Shown here in pieces: positions 14,854-28,684 of a DNA stretch of 64,000 nt (position 1 is the stretch's first letter; each line of letters begins with the position of its first letter). The notes below the pieces were generated by a model, which was not told where the DNA came from, searched no databases, and was given only the letters and a program-made list of their open reading frames with translations. The stretch is from Flaccisagitta enflata (taxonomy: Eukaryota), in contig OZ231126.1 of assembly GCA_965153355.1 (NCBI GenBank), positions 29,326,001 to 29,390,000 on the forward strand, given 5' to 3'. The position numbers and the translations under genes are program-made.

Positions 14854-16454
14854 CTGTACTTCTTTGGTGGCTGGCTTTTCAAGGACCAAACCTCTGAAAC
14901 TGCAATCATCAGAATTGCTGGACCCAGATGTCAAGCCCAAGATTGGTGTTAGGTAATCCAGTTGTGCCTGATGGAAAACAGAAAAAACTAGTCATCCAAG
15001 GATCGCACATGGTCAGCGGTACCTAATGCCCTGCTTGGAGTGGTCAAGTGAGGTAGTGGAGCGAGAGCAGGGCAGCAGCCTTAAAGGACAGGGGTGAATT
15101 TTGAGACGTCCTGAGGCGGATTTGAAGTCGGGATGGCAGAATTTAGTCCAAAAGAGCAGATTTGAGGTTTGGGGGGCAGGCTTGAGGCCTAGAGGACAAA
15201 TTTGATGCCTGAAGAGTTGATCTGAGGCCTGGAGGGCGGATTTGAGGTCTGGAGGGCTGATTTGAGGTCATGAGGGCAGATATCAGAGCTGATATCAGGG
15301 CAAAAATTGTATTTTCTTCAGTGCACTTAACACAGCTGTCAGGAACCAGACAAGGTAGAAAGAATGAAAAAAAATGTATGGCCGGATACACGGCCATCGC
15401 TGCGGACGGGTGGGCAGGGGCGAAATGCGCGTTTTCCCCACTTTTGACTCTCGATGGTTACGGACGGGATCGACTGACGGACGAACTGACGGACGGACCG
15501 ACGGACAAAGCTTCTTATAGAGTTGCAACTGGGCAACTAAAAATGTATAGAAGACGACTCCATGAGAAAAAAAAATTTTTTTAGTATTTTGACTTTTTTT
15601 TCTCCTTTTTCCATCTTTAAGTGGCCATATCTTTTGAACGGCTTGACCGATTTAGTCGCGCAAAAAAGCTACATTTTAGTCACCAATTTTTCCTAATTCC
15701 ATCAAAAAACGACTGAGTTATGATTTTTTGAATGAAATAGATTTACTGACAAAATATTTCATGTAGACTAGGCATAAGTTTGGGGCTGTTTGCGCCTCTC
15801 TACGATCAGTATTTAGGCTAGAATCATGATGAATAATCTTACAAAACGTATACATGTACCTAAAAACAAAAGATAGACATTTTTGACTGTTTCAAAATTT
15901 TCACTTTCCCTGGCTACCTTAGAGGCAAGAATCGAGAGTCAACCAACTGGGACCGCCGGCATTCTTTACCAAGGTACTAAACTATATGAGTAGGACAACA
16001 TCACATTGCAACCAAAACTAAAATAAGGACAAGAGCCTTACGTTATCGTCATTTGTTTTGCCCCTTCGTTTGATAAAACTTCCTCTTCTTCAAAATCTTA
16101 TCCATTTTTTTGTCCGGTGGTAGACGTCACGTGTCATGAGGCTTATGGAGCCAATTAAGTATTCTATGGAAATTTAGCCTTTGGACACCTTTGTCATGCG
16201 AGACGTAAATAACTAAATTCAATTGACGCACCTTGCGGGACCAGCACTTATCTGAAGGGTAAAAATTACGTCTCACTATTGTGCGATGGTAGAAAACCAT
16301 ATTTTTGAAAAAAAAGGTGAAAAAAGGTGATTTTTACGGTAAATGCGGAAACGCCCGATATCAAAAGGTGGGAACCTGGCAGGAACTAGGCTTGTAAAAG
16401 TTGGTTATATACTTGAATATCTTGTTCCTTTGCAGTCATTTCAGAAAAATCATC
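14854..16454 (-). CDS. Candidate upstream exons of the 5228-11587 gene
   Basis: 16454-16413 (DDFSEMTAKEQDIQ) and 14967-14854 (AQLDYLTPILGLTSG...KEVQ) are phase-0 AG/GT-bounded open segments in unique sequence, compatible with the phase-0 exon at 11587. No homology recognised. Confidence 0.35.
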
Positions 16455-17097
16455 CTATAGCCAAGACGTCATCTTAATCGTAGATCCGGCCTTGTTTTCT
16501 CTTTAAGTTTCTTTTCTTTTTCTCATTTCTCATAGTTTTGTTTTGGTTGTTGTCGTATTTATTGTTTTCTTATTATTGTCGTCGTCATCGTCTCGTTAAC
16601 CGTCATTTTATCGATTCCTTATTCTTTTTCTTTAACCTTTTCTTCTTCTTCTTCTTCTTCTTCTTCTTCTTCTTCTTCTTCTTTCTTCTTCTCTTCTTTC
16701 TTCTTTCTTTTCTCTTCTCTCTTCTTCTTCCTCTGCCTTATTTTTCTTTTCTTTCTTCTTTTCTTCTTCTTCTTTTCTTCTTTCTCTTCTTTTTCTTCTT
16801 CTTCTTTTTCCTTTTTATTTCCTTTAATTTTTATTATCTCTTTCTTTTTCTTTTTCTTTCTCTACGTTTTTTTTTTTCTTGTTCTTCTTTTCTTCCTTTT
16901 CTCCTCCTTCTTTTGTCTTTTTTATCTTCCTCGTGTTTTAGTATGGAATTCTGGTTGACGAGACTTGGAAAGTGTTTTTCTCCTTGAATGCGGTGCAGTG
17001 ACGGTAAAAGCAACCAGGCCTTACTGGATTCAATAAAGTTCAAAGTGCTACCGAGCAAAGGAAGAAACCAACTGAAAAGAAAAAGAGAGGAAAAAAA

Positions 17098-17198
<101 letters not shown>

Positions 17199-17945
17199 TG
17201 AGAGCGTGAGAGAAAGAGAATGAGAAAGACAAAAAGAAAGAGAAAGAGAGAGCAGAATGGACAGACAAAGAAAAAATGTTGGAAATACTTGAGACGGAGC
17301 CAAACAGTACTTAGGCCATCAGCGAGTGGTTATGCAGAGGCTGTGGTGTCGGATTTTTTGGTCATATTGATGGTTATCGATGGACCACTACCAGGGCTGC
17401 AGAAAATCTTTAGCTTCCTACGAGCAAAATTTTTTTAGCCATACCTTCCTATTGAAAATGGGTATGATTCTTAGGATAATATGTAATCGTTAGGGTACTG
17501 TTTTCGAATTCGGTGATGTCTTTTGTTTTACTGACTTTCTAAGCGGGTGTTTATTTAGGGTTAGGGGTAGGGTTAGGGTTAAGGTTGGGGATGGGGTTGG
17601 TTTTAGGGTTAGGTTCAGGGTCAGAGCTACCGCAAAGGCAGAGAGCCAGTTAGATACATTTCAACCCAAATCTACTCTAATTAAAGCTTTGCCCAGGCGG
17701 GGAAAACCTGATAAAACAAAAGATCAGTATCGTCTTCGAAATTTTTTTCCATCGTTAGTACACAAATTAGATTTTAAATGTATTACTGAAAAAAATTTTA
17801 AAAAATGACTTTTTCATGCAAGGGAATTAGGTAGTTCTTTTTCTCCCCTGAAATGGTTATCCACGCATGTTTTTTCATCTGTTATCTCCATCTCATTTTC
17901 TCCCCAATATTGTCCCTTCCCTCTTTTCTTACATTTTTCTCCTTC

Positions 17946-18622
17946 TGGGCAGCGGCCCCGAAGGGGCCGATGACCTATGCTTTGTCACATAGGGGAAATT
18001 TCTCCTCCTCCTTCTCCTTCTTCTTCTTCTCCGTCCACCCCCCCCCCTCGAGGCCCAAATCCTAGTCTTGAGGCCCAAATCCCAGCCTTGACGCGCAAAT
18101 CCCAGCCTAAGGGATCAAATCTCAGTCTTGAGGCTCAAACCCCAGCCTCAAGGCTCAAACCAAAGCCCTCAAAGCTCAAATCCCAGCCTTGGAGGCTCAA
18201 ATCCCAGCCTCGGGCTCAAATCTCAGCCTCAAGGCCCCAAAATAGCCTCCAGGCTTTAATTCAATCTGTGAGGTTCAAATAAAAACAGCATAGGTCATCG
18301 GTCCCTTCGGGGCCGCTGCCTCTCTAACCACCTCACACCCACAAACACACATTCTACATAGGCAGGGCACGGGCACCGCTGACCATCTAATGCTTTTGCG
18401 ACTATTTTTTTCTTTCAAAACCTTTCCTTTTTGGGCAGTAGCCTCTTAAGGGGCCGATGACCTATGCTTTCACACATATGGGGAATTTCTCCTCCTCCTT
18501 CTCCTTCTTTCTCTTTTCTTCTCTTGCCCCTGACCCAAATCCTACTATGAGGCTAAAATCCCAGTCTTGAGGCCTAAATCCAAGCCTCAAGGTCCAAATC
18601 CTATCCTTGAGGCCAAAATCCT
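17946..18622 (+). mobile_element. Two family-A elements; the second is truncated and fused to cyclophilin exon 4
   Basis: Same termini and 21-bp units as the 1065-3525 cluster. Confidence 0.8.
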
Positions 18623-18885
18623 TGAGGAGTGGCTTTTGTCGTGATGAAAAACTGACTTCCGTTTGTGTTTTTGCCCCTGAAGATGTAGAGAAGGGGAAAA
18701 GGGCGTCACTGATAGTCGGAGCAGCAGCATAAACTTTTACAAAATTGAATATAATAAAACGATTATAAAGAAGTTAAAAAAAGAAACTAAAGCTGACATC
18801 AACTTTACTGGAATCAATAAAAACGTAACCAAACATCAACTATAAGAAAGACAACAACAAAAACAAAAACAACAACAACAACAAT

Positions 18886-18920
<35 letters not shown>

Positions 18921-20585
18921 CGAAGCAAAACAGCAACAACAACAACAACAACAACAGCAACAACAACAACAACAGCAACCAGGCAATGCAAGGCAAACCC
19001 AGCATTGAAGGTGAAGGAGTCCCAATGGAAACCCACCACCACCACCACCACCACCACCACCACCACCACCACCACTACCACCACCACCACCAAAATAACC
19101 ACGACAATAACAACAACCCACCTATTAGCCATGGAAAGCAGTCCTGGTTCTCTATGCTTGAGTTTAAAGTTTTCATCATCAAACATGGTCCCGTAAATAC
19201 TTTCACCGCCAGTGCCGTTGAAGTTGGTAAAATCGCCACCTGAGACATGAAATCATTTGGCATCATCGGTAATTGATTTTCTTCATGTGCATTCCTAAAT
19301 TGTAATGTCAATATGGCTAGCATTCATGTAATAACCAGCTTCTTGGTTCTTGAAAAATGGACAACTGGTCAATCTGACCATTGGTCATTATGATTTTACC
19401 TTGAATCATAAAGTTTGGAATGACGCGATGGAAGATGGATCCTCTGAAGCATCTTGGTTCTCCCGTCATCGCAACTCCGCCTTCTCCGGTGCACAGACTC
19501 CGGAAGTTCTCCGCAGTTCGAGGAACCACGTTGCTGCAACAAGAACAATGTTAGGATGACTTTGTGTAACGGAATCAAAATTGGAAAGTAGCGTGAAACT
19601 CTCATTTCTAATCTCTAGTGTACATCCAAAGACGAATACATATGACTGTGTGCAACGGAAGCAAAATTGGGAAGCAGCGCCAGGCTCCCATCTTGAACTT
19701 TGCTGTTTGTAACTATTTTGGTAAGGAGTTTTCTTTTGGGTTAGAGTGAGAGGGAATGTTATTCAGATTCTGTTTTATGGAAAACTAGGAGTGATGCGCG
19801 TAGTAACTAGTCAGTCAGGGCTCACAAGGCCCTCTTCCATTTATTTTAGTTTGGGTATAGTGAGGGATGTTGTTCCACCTATCATTATCATGACATGAAA
19901 CCCAAAACCGTTTGCGACGGCGCATGAAGAAGAAATGAGGAAGGGACGCTCGGATATTTCTGCCATTACCGAGCATTTCTGCCTCTGCTTGCCCGTCCAC
20001 CACTGGTCGTGACAATGTAATCTGCATCGCTCTATGTACAACAAGGCCGGATACACGACCACCAGTTGCGGACGGGTGGGCAGGGGCGGAAATGCACGTT
20101 TTCCCATTTTTCGACTCGATCATTACAGACGGACTGACCGACGGACGGACGGACCGACCGACGGACGGACAAAGCCTCTTATAGAGTTGCGTGTCCGCAA
20201 AAAAAAAAGCTGTTAGAAGATTCCAACGATGACGTCTTCTCCGGTGTAGATATATCCAAGAAAATAAGGCCGGATACACGGCCATCAGTTGCGGACGGGT
20301 GGGCAGGGGCGGCTATGCGCGTTTTCCCACTTTTCGACTCGTGCTGACGGACCAACGGACGGACAAAGCCTCTTATAGAGTTGCGTGTCCGCCACTAAAA
20401 AGCCGTGAATCGGCAGGCGTTAATCTGTCCCTCTTTCCATTAGCCAGTCCATCCGTCCGTTCACCAGTCCGTTTCATTCTCGCTCACCTGAAAAGTTGAA
20501 AGACGATTCTACCGATGAATTCATCGCCGATGGCGATATCGAAGAACACCAAAGGATTCCCTTCATCGTCACGTGTGGCCGCCAT
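18601..20585 (-). CDS. Cyclophilin-type peptidyl-prolyl isomerase (PPID/PPIG-like divergent-loop type), C-terminally truncated; possibly a pseudogene
   Basis: Exons 20585-20488 (VFFDIAIG...GRIVFQLF), 19533-19400 ([15 protein letters not shown]...[11 protein letters not shown]), 19239-19122 ([17 protein letters not shown]...LLSMANR) and 18676-18601 ([17 protein letters not shown], then repeat-derived QGFWPQG-stop). The expected HLDGKHVVFG segment is absent. Confidence 0.88.
20040..20400 (-). mobile_element. Two tandem short family-B elements with a (CCGT)n core (DINE-1/HINE-like) in cyclophilin intron 1
   Basis: TTAG.TGCGGACACGCAACTCTATAAGAGGCTTTG(TCCG)n...CCCTGCCCACCCGTCCGCAACTG..GTGTATCCGGCCTTGTT. 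Related copies at ~15375-15545, 29340-29575, 34553-34760, 36636-36832, 39178-39300, 40285-40455, 46380-46575, 53470-53635 and 63725-end. Confidence 0.82.
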
Positions 20586-20995
20586 CCTAAAGGGTTTTTT
20601 ATTTTCAATGTTAATTTCTTTTAAAATGGTTTTATTACGTTGGTTTTTCTTCAATTTGTCTCGTTTTCGAAACGTTCCAATGTTACTAATGGAGAATTTA
20701 TTCAAAGACTTTGAGATCACGTTATAGATCACGCATAGATGCGCTGACGGAGGCTTTCAAGAATCAAACAATCAGCGAACGAATCTGTCGCTGTTTTTTT
20801 GGCGAGCGAGCGTGAGATCCACTTAACATCTGCCTTAAAGTTCAACTCAACCAACTATCAATGATCGGCGAAACCTTTATTTTTTCAACTGACTCATGGT
20901 CGACGCAACTCATGACTCTCTCTTTCTTTCTTTCTTTCTTTCTTTCTTTTTTTCTTTCTTTCTTTCTTTCTTTCTTTCGTTCTCTCTCTCTCTTC

Positions 20996-21185
<190 letters not shown>

Positions 21186-21599
21186 AAGACGGGAAACGAG
21201 AAGCTTCGAGATGCGTCGAACCTCTCCGATCGATTGTTTTGCAGCCCAACTTCCTCCTGCAAGCTCTCTTCCGCATCAACTAGCATCTTGTCAATCTAGG
21301 CGTCTCATCCTCAAGCAAGTCTTCATTGCTGCATTTTTCAGCTCGTCCTTATCTGTTAGTGACATGATCAGGTTTTTGATGATGCTTGATTGCTTTTCTC
21401 CATAGGTTGCCCTGTTGTTTTCTGATTGTTCCACTGACCTTCCAGTTACTCTTCAATCTCGCCATCTTAATCATCTTGCAGCTATTCCTCATCCATGCCA
21501 TTTCAAAGATAGACACAAAATCAATTATTGTGTTCCACGATAGTGGAACACTAGATATTCAGAGTTTCTCCGTCCGTGCGTCCGTTCGTTCGTCCGTCC

Positions 21600-23830
21600 G
21601 TGTGTCACACAACCCAGTTTTCTCCAAATGTGTGTCACACAGCCTAGTTTTCTCCAAAGTGTGTCACAAAGCCTAGTTTTCTCCGTATGTGTGTCACACA
21701 GCCTAGTTTTCTCCAGTTTTCTCCAGTTTTCTCCGAATGTGTGTCACGCTATCCAGTTTTCTCCATATGTGTGTCACACAACCCAGTTTTCTCCGAATGT
21801 GTGTCACACAGCCTAGTTTTCTCCATAGTGTGTCACAAAGCCTAGATTTCTCCGTATGTGTGTGACACAGCCTAGTTTTCTCCAGTTTTCTCCAGTTTTC
21901 TCCGAATGTGTGTCACAGCTATCCAGTTTTCTCCAATGTGTGTCACACATCCCAATTTTCTCCAATGTGTGTCACAACTCAGTTTTCTCCGATGTGTGTC
22001 ACATAACCCAGTTTTCTCCGAATGTGTGTTACACGGCCTAGCTTTCTCCGAATGTGTCACACAGCCCAGTTTTCTCGAATGTGTGTCACACAGCCTATTT
22101 TCTCCGATGTGTCACAGAACCTAGTTTTCTCCATTGTGTGTCACATAACCCAGTTTTCTCCGAATGTGTGTCACACAACTCAGTTTTCTCCAATGTGTGT
22201 CACACAACCCAGTTTTCTCCGAATGTGTGTCACACAGCCTAGCTTTCTCCGAATGTGTGTCACACAATCCAGTTTTTCGGAATGTGTGTCACACAGCTAA
22301 TTTCTCCATTGTGTTTCCACAACCAGTTTTCTCCGAATGTGTGTCACACAGTCAGTTTCTCGAATGTGTGTCACATTGCCCAGATTACTCCGAATGTGTG
22401 TCACACAGCCCAGTTTTCTCCATTGTGTGTCACATAACCCAGTTTTCTCCGAATGTGTGTCACACAGCCCAGTTTTCTCCAAATGTGTGTCACACAACCC
22501 AGTTTTCTCCGAATGTGTGTCACACAACCCAGTTTTCTCCCAATGTGTGTCACACAACCCAGTTTTCTCCGAATGTGTGTCACACAACCCAGTTTTCTCC
22601 GATGTGTGTCACACAGCGATTTCTCCGAATGTGTGTCACACAACCAATTTCTCGGAATGTGTGTCACACAGAGATTCTCCAATGTGTGTCACACAGCAGT
22701 TTTCTCCAATGTGTCACACAACCAGTTTTCTCCAAATGTGTGTCACACAGCAGTTTTCTCCGAATGTGTGTCACACAACCAGATTTCCTCCGAATGTGTC
22801 ACACAACCCAGTTTTCTCTCGAATGTATGTCACACAACCCAGTTTTCTCCGATGTGTGTCACACAACTGTTTTACTCCAAATGTGTCACACAACAGTTTT
22901 CTCCGATGTGTGTCACACAGCCTAGCTTTCTCCAAATGTGTGTCCACAGGCCCAGTTTTCTCATTGTGTGTCTCATAACTCAGTTTTCTCCGAATGTGTG
23001 TCACACACCCAGTTTTCTCCGAATGTGTGTCACACAGCCTAGCTTTCTCCGAATGTGTGTCACACAATCCAGTTTTTTCCGAATGTGTGTCACACAGCCC
23101 AGATTTCTCCATTTTGTGTGTCACACAGCAGTTTCTCCGAATGTGTGTCACACAGTCCAGTTTTCTCCGAATGTGTGTCACATTGCCCAGATTCCTCCGA
23201 ATATGTGTCACACAGCCCAGTTTTCTCCAAATGTGTGTCACAGCCCAGATTCCTCGAATGTGTGTCACACAACAGTTTTCTCCGAATGTGTGTCACACAA
23301 CAGTTTTCTCCGAATGTGTGTCACACAACAGATTTCCCCAAATGTGTGTCACACACCCAGTTTTCCCCGAATGTGTGTCACACAAAGTTTCTCCAATGTT
23401 TGTCACACAACCCAGTTTTCTCCAAATGTGTGTCACACAACCAGTTTTCTCCGATGTGTGTCACACAGCAGATTTTCTCCAATGTATGTCCACACAGCAG
23501 TTTTCTCCGAATGTGTCACACAACCCAGATTTCTCCGAATGTGTGTCCACTGGCCAGTTTTCTCCGAATGTGTGTCACACAGTTTTCTGAATGTGTGTCA
23601 CACAACCAGTTTTCTCCGATGTGTGTCACACAACCCAGTTTTCTCCAAATGTGTGTCACACAGCAGTTTCTCCGATGTGTGTCACACAGCCTAGCTTTCT
23701 CCAAATGTGTCTGGCCCAGTTCTCCATTGTGTGTCTCATAACTCAGTTTCTCCGAATGTGTGTCACTGGCCCAGTTTTCTTCAATGTATGTCACACAGTT
23801 CAGATTTCTCACACCACCCAGTTTTTTTTC
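21600..23830. repeat. ~30-bp tandem satellite (GTGTGTCACACAACCCAGTTTTCTCCGAAT)
   Basis: About 2.2 kb of degenerate ~30-bp units; the source of many spurious Cys/His-rich ORFs. Confidence 0.97.
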
Positions 23831-23874
23831 CACACACACACACACACATACACACATACACACACACACACACA

Positions 23875-24105
23875 CACAGGCGGTAGTGGGACCACCCACA
23901 GGTGGCAGTGGGACCACCCTTAGGTGGCAGTGGGACCACCCTTAGGTGGCTGTGGGACCGCCCACAGGCAGCAGTGGGACCGCCCACAGGCGGCAGTGGG
24001 ACCGCCCACAGGCGGCAGTGGGACCGCCCACAGGCGGCAGTGAGGCCGCCCATAGGCGGCAGTGAAATCGCCCATGGATGGTAGTTAGGCCGCCCACAGG
24101 CGGCC
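23875..24105. repeat. 21-bp tandem repeat (GGCGGCAGTGGGACCGCCCACA-like)
   Basis: About ten GC-rich units, directly visible. Confidence 0.92.
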
Positions 24106-25566
24106 ATTATCTACAACACAGATTTGTCTGGTTATCATTATTAGATTTTTTCTATGAATTTTTGCCCTTCTTTTTCACGCCAAATCAAGTTTTCGTGGAA
24201 CACAATATGGCGAACGCCACTAGTTATCCATATGTCCACTCCCAACTTCTTCCTGATCCACATCAAGCTTTCCCTCTACTCACGATAAAACTACGCTGAG
24301 TGCTGATATTGTTGACCTATCTGACTGTTTCCGAAAGCGGTTTTGCAAAATGCCTTATCGTGACAATATTGTTTGTTGAACAAACTACAAAATACAAAAC
24401 AAATAAATTAGATTTCATTTGCCATCGAATGTATTCTATTTCTAAGTCCAGGTCTCGTGTCCATTTCAATTCCGAGTCAACAGATTATCATAATATCATT
24501 TTAACATTTGGAAGTCTGGTTAACAATGAGACAAAACATTTTGTTAAACGGAAAATCAACATTTATGCGCGATAGTGACAAATCGCCATTGAAACGCAGA
24601 TTGCATAGACATATACATCGATATTAACGGAGGAAATATTATTCATGATGATTCGCTTATCTATTTTCAGTCGCGCACAAGCGATTCTCTACATTGGTGT
24701 GTCGGTCCGTTCGTTCGTCGGTCCATCAGTCGGTTAACATTAGCAAGTTATTGTCTTTTTTGAGATAATTTGGAAATGGAAGAAATACTTGTCATTGCGC
24801 GATACGCGGAGCGCACGACTGTTGCCCTGTTGCTGTTGGGCTTATGGACTTTCGTTTTGAACGCTCTCAAAGCTTTTCATGTTTTTGATGGTTCATGGAT
24901 AGATTTATAAAGTGCATTTAAATAAAAAACGTTGTACAAAATACAACGTACATGCGTGTAAATCATGGGTGTAACTGAAAGAGTTGGGATCTGACGAAAC
25001 GCGTGACTTTAAAACGGAGTCTATTTAAAGGAAGACGTTAACCTTTTGATACTCAAGTAAGTAAGAAACACAACAACAAAAATGATTTTGTATTTGTATT
25101 TGTATGGTTCTTTCTTTGAAATTTCAAATCCAGAAGCAAGTTGATTTCTTTTCTTGACTCATGAGTATTCATTCATGTTTCAGATTTCACTCGGCAACTT
25201 TCCCATTCAGGGAGTTCAGTTCATTTTTCAAAAATCTTTTCAAATTCAAATTCCGTTCTTAGAGAGTCAAAAGTTGTTACTTCCGGGTTAAATGACATTC
25301 AGGTGCATTTTACAGTGCAGAGAGAGGAAAGGAAGGCAACCATTCCAGTCTAAGACAGTTCTCACTCAAGGTTCGAGTTTTCTACACATTTAGCGCGTGG
25401 GAAAAATAAAAGGAAGATAGAATGAATGGTGGTAGAATAAAAGATTGTAGAAAAATTGATTGTAGAAAGAATGATTGTAGAAAGGACGAAAGAAAAATAA
25501 TTATTGTTGAAAGAATGATGGTAAAAAGAAAGAAAGAAAGAAAGAAAGAAAGAAAAGAAGAAAGAG

Positions 25567-25597
<31 letters not shown>

Positions 25598-25627
25598 GAC
25601 AAACAAACAAACAAACAAAAAACAAAA

Positions 25628-25671
<44 letters not shown>

Positions 25672-25904
25672 AGGAAAAAAAGAAAGAAGGAAAGAAAGAA
25701 AAAAAGAGGGAAAGGAGGAAGATCTTTCTTTCGTAGGAAAGAAACAAGGTAATAAGGTATAAGAAAGAAAGAATAATTGAAGCAGTTGAAGAAATTGAAA
25801 AATACGGCCATAGATGTGTATATGGTGAAGGGGAACAAACACAAAATAGTAAACAAAGCATCAAACCACTTTAGAAGTAAAACTGAAGACACAGAAAATT
25901 ACGT

Positions 25905-25971
<67 letters not shown>

Positions 25972-26528
25972 CAAGAAAGCAAGAAAGCAAGAAAGCAAGA
26001 AAGCAAGAAAGCTAGAAAGCAAGAAAGCAAGAGCAAGCAAAGAGAGAAAGAAAGAAGGAAATAGTGAAAGAAAGACGAGCTTTTTTTCTTGGTGGGGCAC
26101 ATGAAAGCGAACTGTAATCAAGACGTCAACAACAACAACGTTAATAAGAATGCATAATAATGAAATTTGATTTTGGCCGGGCTACACCTTTGTGCAGTTA
26201 CACATGTGAATAACACATTTAGTAGGACAAGTGCGTTGAGGAAGGTGGGAAAATAGGTGGACTTTATAGTATCGGCGCCGGTTTAAACGTACAACGATTG
26301 AATCATTTTTTATGTACTGTAACATAACACATCAACGGAACTTTGCAAAGAAATGGCTGATAGTAACGGGTGACAAACCATTTTGAGACAATGAACCCAC
26401 CACATTGATTTAAATCATTGTATTTGAGTAACTTGATAATGGAAGTGTACGCAAAAAAAAATCATTTTGATGAGCGATTGGTTACATGTGGTGTAAACAA
26501 ATGCACTCGCTGTAACAGAGACACAGTA

Positions 26529-26938
26529 CTACTCGACTCAAAAAAAAAGCCGCACCCTATTTTCAGTTGATGTATAAGAAAAAAAAATCATTTGAAAATT
26601 TTTCTGTTAAAGTGATTTGAAAGATTTTTGAATTTTCTTTCATTCTAGACCAATCCCAGATCTGTATCTCAAACGGTTTAGGAGCTAGAGCTCTGCAAAG
26701 AAAAGCACTATTTTGGTAAAATGCATTTTTTTCATAGGGATTGCGAAACTGAAATAGGCAATATTTTTACTCAAATTAATGCCATTTCTAAACAAAAAAA
26801 GATAGCAACACCAGATTGGCGCCAAATGAAAGATCTTTTCAAGAGCTTTCTAATGGTCTAAGATTTTGATTAGTTTTTTTGAAATTTAGTATGACAATTT
26901 GTCATTTAAAAGTGCGGCTTTTTTATTGAGTCGAGTAG
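26529..26938. mobile_element. MITE family member (related copies at ~4860-5236 and 54069-54468)
   Basis: TIR CTACTCGACTCAA.AAAAAAGCCGCAC, TA flanks; shared internal sequence (TCTAGACCAA.CC.AG.TCTGTATCTCAAA) in all three copies. Confidence 0.8.
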
Positions 26939-28684
26939 TAACACAAGTACATTTACATTTGAGTGCGGGGAAATCGCTGAGATCGCACTTCCAGGGGACT
27001 TGATATTGAGCAAAATGAAATTTCCACGCTAGCTTAAAAATCTTTAAAAATTAGAATGTAAACCACGTTTTCTGCTTCTTTTTTTTAGTTTTATTAATAG
27101 AGGGATGTTGAAAACATTTTCGATGCTTTTTATTTGTTTCCCAATGCTAATGTGGTGGAAGAACAACGTGACACCTATAACCATGGCGTCATATGGTAAA
27201 TACGCCAAGAATCTTCTAGCTTGCGTGGAATGCAAAAGTTATTGCGGTGATGTTATGAATATCGTGAGCTTGGAGTTCGATCTCAGAATGGCTTTTACGA
27301 ATGAATACTGGACCAAAGCAAACGGCAGGTAACGAATATTTATTGGATGTTTTCTTTATGTTTCATTTTTTTTTCTTTTTTTTTTTTTAAGGTATTCATT
27401 TATGTCGCAGAGATGGCGAAATTTCGAATGGGAAATCGGGACGTTTACTTGCGCCGAGAAAGAATCGGTTTGTTCGTGAGTCAAAACTAGAACAATGTTG
27501 AGTCAATACTAGAATTATTTTGAGTCAGTGCTGGGATAATCATCGTACATACAGGAAGAGACGCGGGAACAGAAGTTACACAAGTGCGCACGCGCGTAAC
27601 GCGGTACATTTTGACAGACATTTTTATTAATGTTGAATTATCATCCACAGATTTGCAAACTACAGATCCCATCGTTCAGCATTGGATAGCCTAAAAGGTT
27701 ATATAGCCCAAAAAGCGTCTGAAGTGCACATTCACGTTTCTTTTGGTATGGCATTCATTCAGAATCCAAATCTTGACAAACTTAATTTTCATGTTTTGAT
27801 GCTAATTGCTTGGTCTATCAAGGACTGTTTGAAAAGTCGTCTAAAATCAGATACTTTATTGCGATTAGGAAAAAGCAATAGGCAACCAAAACAAAAAAAC
27901 GGACAATGCACTTTAAAGAAATCTAAAATGCTATCTATGACCGATGTATACCATCTCAAAAACTTTTATTACAACCCAACCATTAAGCAGGCAGTGAAGG
28001 TATTTAGAGTTTGTTCGTTACATGACAAGGAATTCCTCGTCACTTTCATACAAAACTAGAAATCAAAAATTCAGATTTTGGTAGATTTCTCGTGAAACTG
28101 CTGAAAAGTTTCGAAATTTTGATGGTTCTCAGTGTCATTGGGGCAGTCTGCTTGCTTCATGGCAGGTTGAGTAGAGTTTGTGATGGCGTTTTTTTTTATT
28201 TGTTTTTTTTTTTCATGCATTGCAACTAAAAAATAATTGTTTAGGTAAACCGTCAAACCGTTTAACGTTCGGGATTTCATGATAAGGAATCAGGAATACA
28301 AGATTGCTGATTAAAACAAAATCCGAACATCGTGAGACGGTTTCCCGCAAAGTATTGGAAGTTCCAGGTCCTGAGCACAGCAGAAAAGAAAATATGTGTT
28401 GTTGATTTCATACCAAACAAGCTGCTTATTGAACGAAGCAACACACGAGACAGGGTACCCGGAGTAAAGCTCATCTTGTATCTCAACTTATAAATGGCAT
28501 TCGGAACTTCTGATTTCGCCGCCTTTCTCTGGTCTGATTTTGTATTCAAAACATTTTCTGTTGTTGAAAAAGAGGAAAACGATTATTTTTAACATCAGGG
28601 GATAATGTAAGATAGAGGGAGGAAATCGTTGTCATTCAAGGGAAATCATCTAAAAATCCTTTTCACTCTTTAACTTGATATAAA

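Larger units (their letters stand above)
21527..24225 (+). mobile_element. Helentron-associated non-autonomous element (HINE/DINE-1-like) containing a satellite array
   Basis: 14-bp sub-TIR ATTGTGTTCCACGA (21527-21540) with adjacent inverted GTGGAACA; (CCGT)n tract; central tandem repeats; matching TCGTGGAACACAAT (24193-24206); 3' hairpin TGGCG-aa-CGCCA, then CTAGTT. Confidence 0.85.

Noticed and set aside
21628-23923. Long Cys/His-rich ORFs (up to 413 aa) resembling zinc-finger proteins
   Set aside because: Translations of a 30-bp satellite open in several frames; no true C2H2 spacing.
21600-24105. CRISPR-like arrays (also 42345-42525)
   Set aside because: Head-to-tail repeats without unique spacers, no cas genes, eukaryotic context.
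27105-28059. Possible plus-strand secreted-protein gene (MLKTFSMLFICF...)
   Set aside because: Plausible splice sites exist but several frames compete, no family is recognisable, and the region may be neuropeptide 3' UTR; needs RNA data.
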